DNA from: a virus
Length of the DNA stretch: 64,000 nucleotides
Strand: one strand, 5' to 3'
IMG/VR virus record: IMGVR_UViG_3300044645_002754
Coordinates: 6,803 to 70,802 of that record
The notes under the pieces were generated by a model that saw nothing but the letters and a program-made list of their open reading frames with translations, did no database searches and was not told where the DNA came from. A program made the position numbers and the translations under genes. Of this stretch, positions 61,693-64,000 are shown in pieces (position 1 is the stretch's first letter; every line of letters starts with the position of its first letter).

Positions 61693-62769
61693 ATGACTTT
61701 CACCGCAAACCGCGTCACCACCGCCTACGCCGCCGACGGCAAGGGCCCCATGGTCTACGGCCGCTACCGAGACCGCGGCTACGCCGTCAACCCGCTGATC
61801 GGCCGCGTCGGCACGATGATCACCGAGAACGCCTCGGCCTCCGAAGCCTTCGCCATCGCCGGCCTGGACTGGTCAGCCGACAAGCGCCCCGCCTTCTTCA
61901 TGGGCCCCGACGGCCCGATGCAATCCCCCGAGCACTGCTCCATCGTCCGCAGCGACACCAACCAGCTCCTGGGCATCCACGGCTCGGGCTACACCCCGGT
62001 CCAGAACTCCTCGCTGATCAACCTCCTCGACTACCTGCGCGAGGACATCGAGATCGAGAACGTCCTCTCAATCCGGGACGGCCGCAAAGTCTTCGCCACC
62101 GCCTCAATCCACGTCGAGGACGAAGTCGTCCCCGGTGACCGCGTCCGCCGCTACCTCCACGCCTTCAACTCCTTCGACGGCTCCAGCTCCTTCGGCGTCT
62201 TCTTCTCCGACGTCCGCCTGGCCTGCGCCAACCAGCTCAGTTACCTCACCGGCAAAGCAGCGACGCGCGCTTCCAACGAAGGCCACGGCCTGCGCATGAA
62301 GCACACCACCTCTGTCACCGCCTTCGCTGAGCGCCTTCCCCACCTCATCGACCTCGAACGCCAATCCTTCCGGCGCTCCATCGACGAACTCCGCGACCTG
62401 GCCCACACCAAGCTCACAGCCGAGGTCGCCCGCCGCGTTCTCGAAGCCACCTACGCCGACAAGCTCGCCATCCCCATCAAGGACAAGGTCACCGGCGACA
62501 AGCGAGATCGCACCCTCAACGACCTCCCCGAGATCGGCATGATCCGCAGCCACTACACCGGTGACACGGGCCTGGGCATCAGCTCTATCCCTGGCATCAC
62601 CGGCACGGCCTACGGCCTGTTCAACGCCATCACCCAGTTCGAGACCCACGACGCCGGCCGCGCCAAGGACGAAACCGAGCGCGCCCGCGCCCGCCTCGAA
62701 TCCCTCTGGGGTGGCGACGCCTCTCGCCGAATCGCCCGTGCCCGCGAAGCCTGCCTCGCTCTGGTGTGA
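61693..62769 (+). CDS. DUF932 / phage-plasmid conserved protein
   Basis: AGLDW, VRSDT..LG...YTPVQN, NSFDGSSS, VRLACANQL and GTAYGLFNAIT motifs. Confidence 0.88.
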   Translation: MTFTANRVTTAYAADGKGPMVYGRYRDRGYAVNPLIGRVGTMITENASASEAFAIAGLDWSADKRPAFFMGPDGPMQSPEHCSIVRSDTNQLLGIHGSGYTPVQNSSLINLLDYLREDIEIENVLSIRDGRKVFATASIHVEDEVVPGDRVRRYLHAFNSFDGSSSFGVFFSDVRLACANQLSYLTGKAATRASNEGHGLRMKHTTSVTAFAERLPHLIDLERQSFRRSIDELRDLAHTKLTAEVARRVLEATYADKLAIPIKDKVTGDKRDRTLNDLPEIGMIRSHYTGDTGLGISSIPGITGTAYGLFNAITQFETHDAGRAKDETERARARLESLWGGDASRRIARAREACLALV

Positions 62770-63020
62770 TCAATTATGCGCGCTAGTTTCTACATCTAGC
62801 GCGCGATTTGATGCCTTAGGTATCACATGTCCCCTCGCATATCTGTCGCCTAAGGCACTCCCAAAGGCGCTATGCACGATCTGCATAGCTATCCGGTTCA
62901 GCATTATTCAGCAATCTGCTGCATATTGCACGCATTGCACCAATACGCAGCTTTAGTGCTGCATACTGCTCATCCCGCTGTGCATGGCACACCAGGCACA
63001 CGGGCTCTTTTCCCCCTGAA

Positions 63021-63314
63021 ATGACCTCAAACGCCGTAATCATCTCGAAGAACCCTGCTGTCATCGACTGGCTCAATGACAAAGGCATTCACGCCCCCGT
63101 CCTCGAGCACGTAGTCCCGTTGGACGTCGCCCACAAGCACGTCTACGGAACGGTTCCCTATTGGCTTGCAGCCTTCGCCGATTGCATCACTGAGGTCAAC
63201 ATCCCCGGCTTAGATCGCCCCTCCCGCGAGCGCTTCCTCCGCGGCGACATCACCATCCAGGAGATGGACGCTGCGGGCGCCGAGCTCGTCACCTACCGAG
63301 TCCGCCCTGTCTGA
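63021..63314 (+). CDS. Csx16 (VVA1548)-like protein
   Basis: IISKNPAVIDWL..VYGTVPYWLAA..RGDITIQEMDAAGAELVTYRV parallels the Csx16 pattern as recalled. Confidence 0.6.
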   Translation: MTSNAVIISKNPAVIDWLNDKGIHAPVLEHVVPLDVAHKHVYGTVPYWLAAFADCITEVNIPGLDRPSRERFLRGDITIQEMDAAGAELVTYRVRPV

Positions 63315-63325
63315 TTAGTCCTTCA

Positions 63326-63529
63326 ATGTTGTCCGCTCAACGCCCATCGCAGACTTTCAACCTGTATTTAGGGGACGAAGATCTTTGCCTTCTCTTTGAC
63401 GCGCTCGACATCGTTCTCGACAGCGAGGACGAAGCCACTCGACAGTGGCTGTGCGAAACCGTGGACTATTCCACTTTTCGCCAACGCACCGAACATCTGC
63501 GATCACGCATTGCCGCGCACCTGAACTGA
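63326..63529 (+). CDS. Small hypothetical protein
   Basis: ATG-initiated 67-aa ORF. Confidence 0.5.
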   Translation: MLSAQRPSQTFNLYLGDEDLCLLFDALDIVLDSEDEATRQWLCETVDYSTFRQRTEHLRSRIAAHLN

Positions 63530-63537
63530 GCCCAAAC

Positions 63538-63569
63538 AAAAAGGACCTGGGATCTCACCCCCAGGTCCG
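63538..63569 (-). terminator. Terminator-like hairpin
   Basis: AAAAA-GGACCTGGG...CCCAGGTCC. Confidence 0.55.
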
Positions 63570-63698
63570 CTCATCCACACGGACAGCGCTGTGAATCTCT
63601 GCCCATGCAACGCCATTCTCCCACGCCCTCCCAGCTCCGGGCACCCCCATCCCCGCCCCGAGCACGCCCCCATACGCTGGAGTAGCCGGGCCAGTCCG

Positions 63699-64000
63699 AT
63701 GCAAATCCCCGACTCTCCCGAGGCCCTGTTCGAAGCGCTCGCGGACTCCTCCATCCGCGAGCTCTACCCCCGCTACGACGAGCTCGAACCCCGAAACCAA
63801 AAGCTGGTCCGCCTGCTCCACACCGAACTCACCAAAGGTGAGCTCAGTGACCGCACCTTCCAGCAATTCGTCGGCTTCGTCCTCATCCTCTGGCGCAGCT
63901 TCAACACCAGCGTCCTGCTCCACAACGCGAACCTGATCGACTCCGAGGACGAGATCGACACCGAATGGGTGGACACCGCCACCCACCTGGCCCGCATGGA
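63699..64000 (+). CDS. Hypothetical protein (3'-truncated)
   Basis: MQIPDSPEALFEAL... is open to the window edge. Confidence 0.65.
   Translation, partial: MQIPDSPEALFEALADSSIRELYPRYDELEPRNQKLVRLLHTELTKGELSDRTFQQFVGFVLILWRSFNTSVLLHNANLIDSEDEIDTEWVDTATHLARM

Noticed and set aside
1-64000. Terminase, portal, photosynthesis genes or host chromosome flanks
   Set aside because: None recognised; terminase and portal presumably lie outside the window

Overview
The whole window reads as one high-GC, tailed dsDNA phage genome (siphovirus-type), most likely a temperate phage of picocyanobacteria (Synechococcus/Cyanobium-like). The host call rests on the tRNA-Pro-derived attP, a cyanobacterial-type sigma-70 factor and cyanophage-like tail-fibre families. 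Layout: 1-9.6 kb head and neck; 9.6-38.5 kb tail, including a G/GT frameshift, a tape measure protein and many fibre genes; 38.5-41.5 kb endolysin, an intact attP, tyrosine integrase and putative excisionase; 41.5-56.5 kb replication and nucleotide metabolism (PolA, KilA-N, primase-helicase, SSB-like, exonuclease, dNMP kinase, ThyX, sigma factor); 56.5-64 kb tandem promoters, a candidate structured RNA and small early genes. The standout is a cassette at 53.0-54.6 kb: a stand-alone Cas7/RAMP-like gene and a partner gene, flanked by three non-coding units. Each unit is a 5' hairpin, then 10-14 (xGC-NN) pentamers, then a 3' hairpin with an invariant CACCGAGT loop. This looks like a non-CRISPR RNA-guided system. 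The NN dinucleotides of unit 3, read as a gapped code, partly match the neighbouring gene. All protein assignments come from motif recognition by eye; no database search was run.
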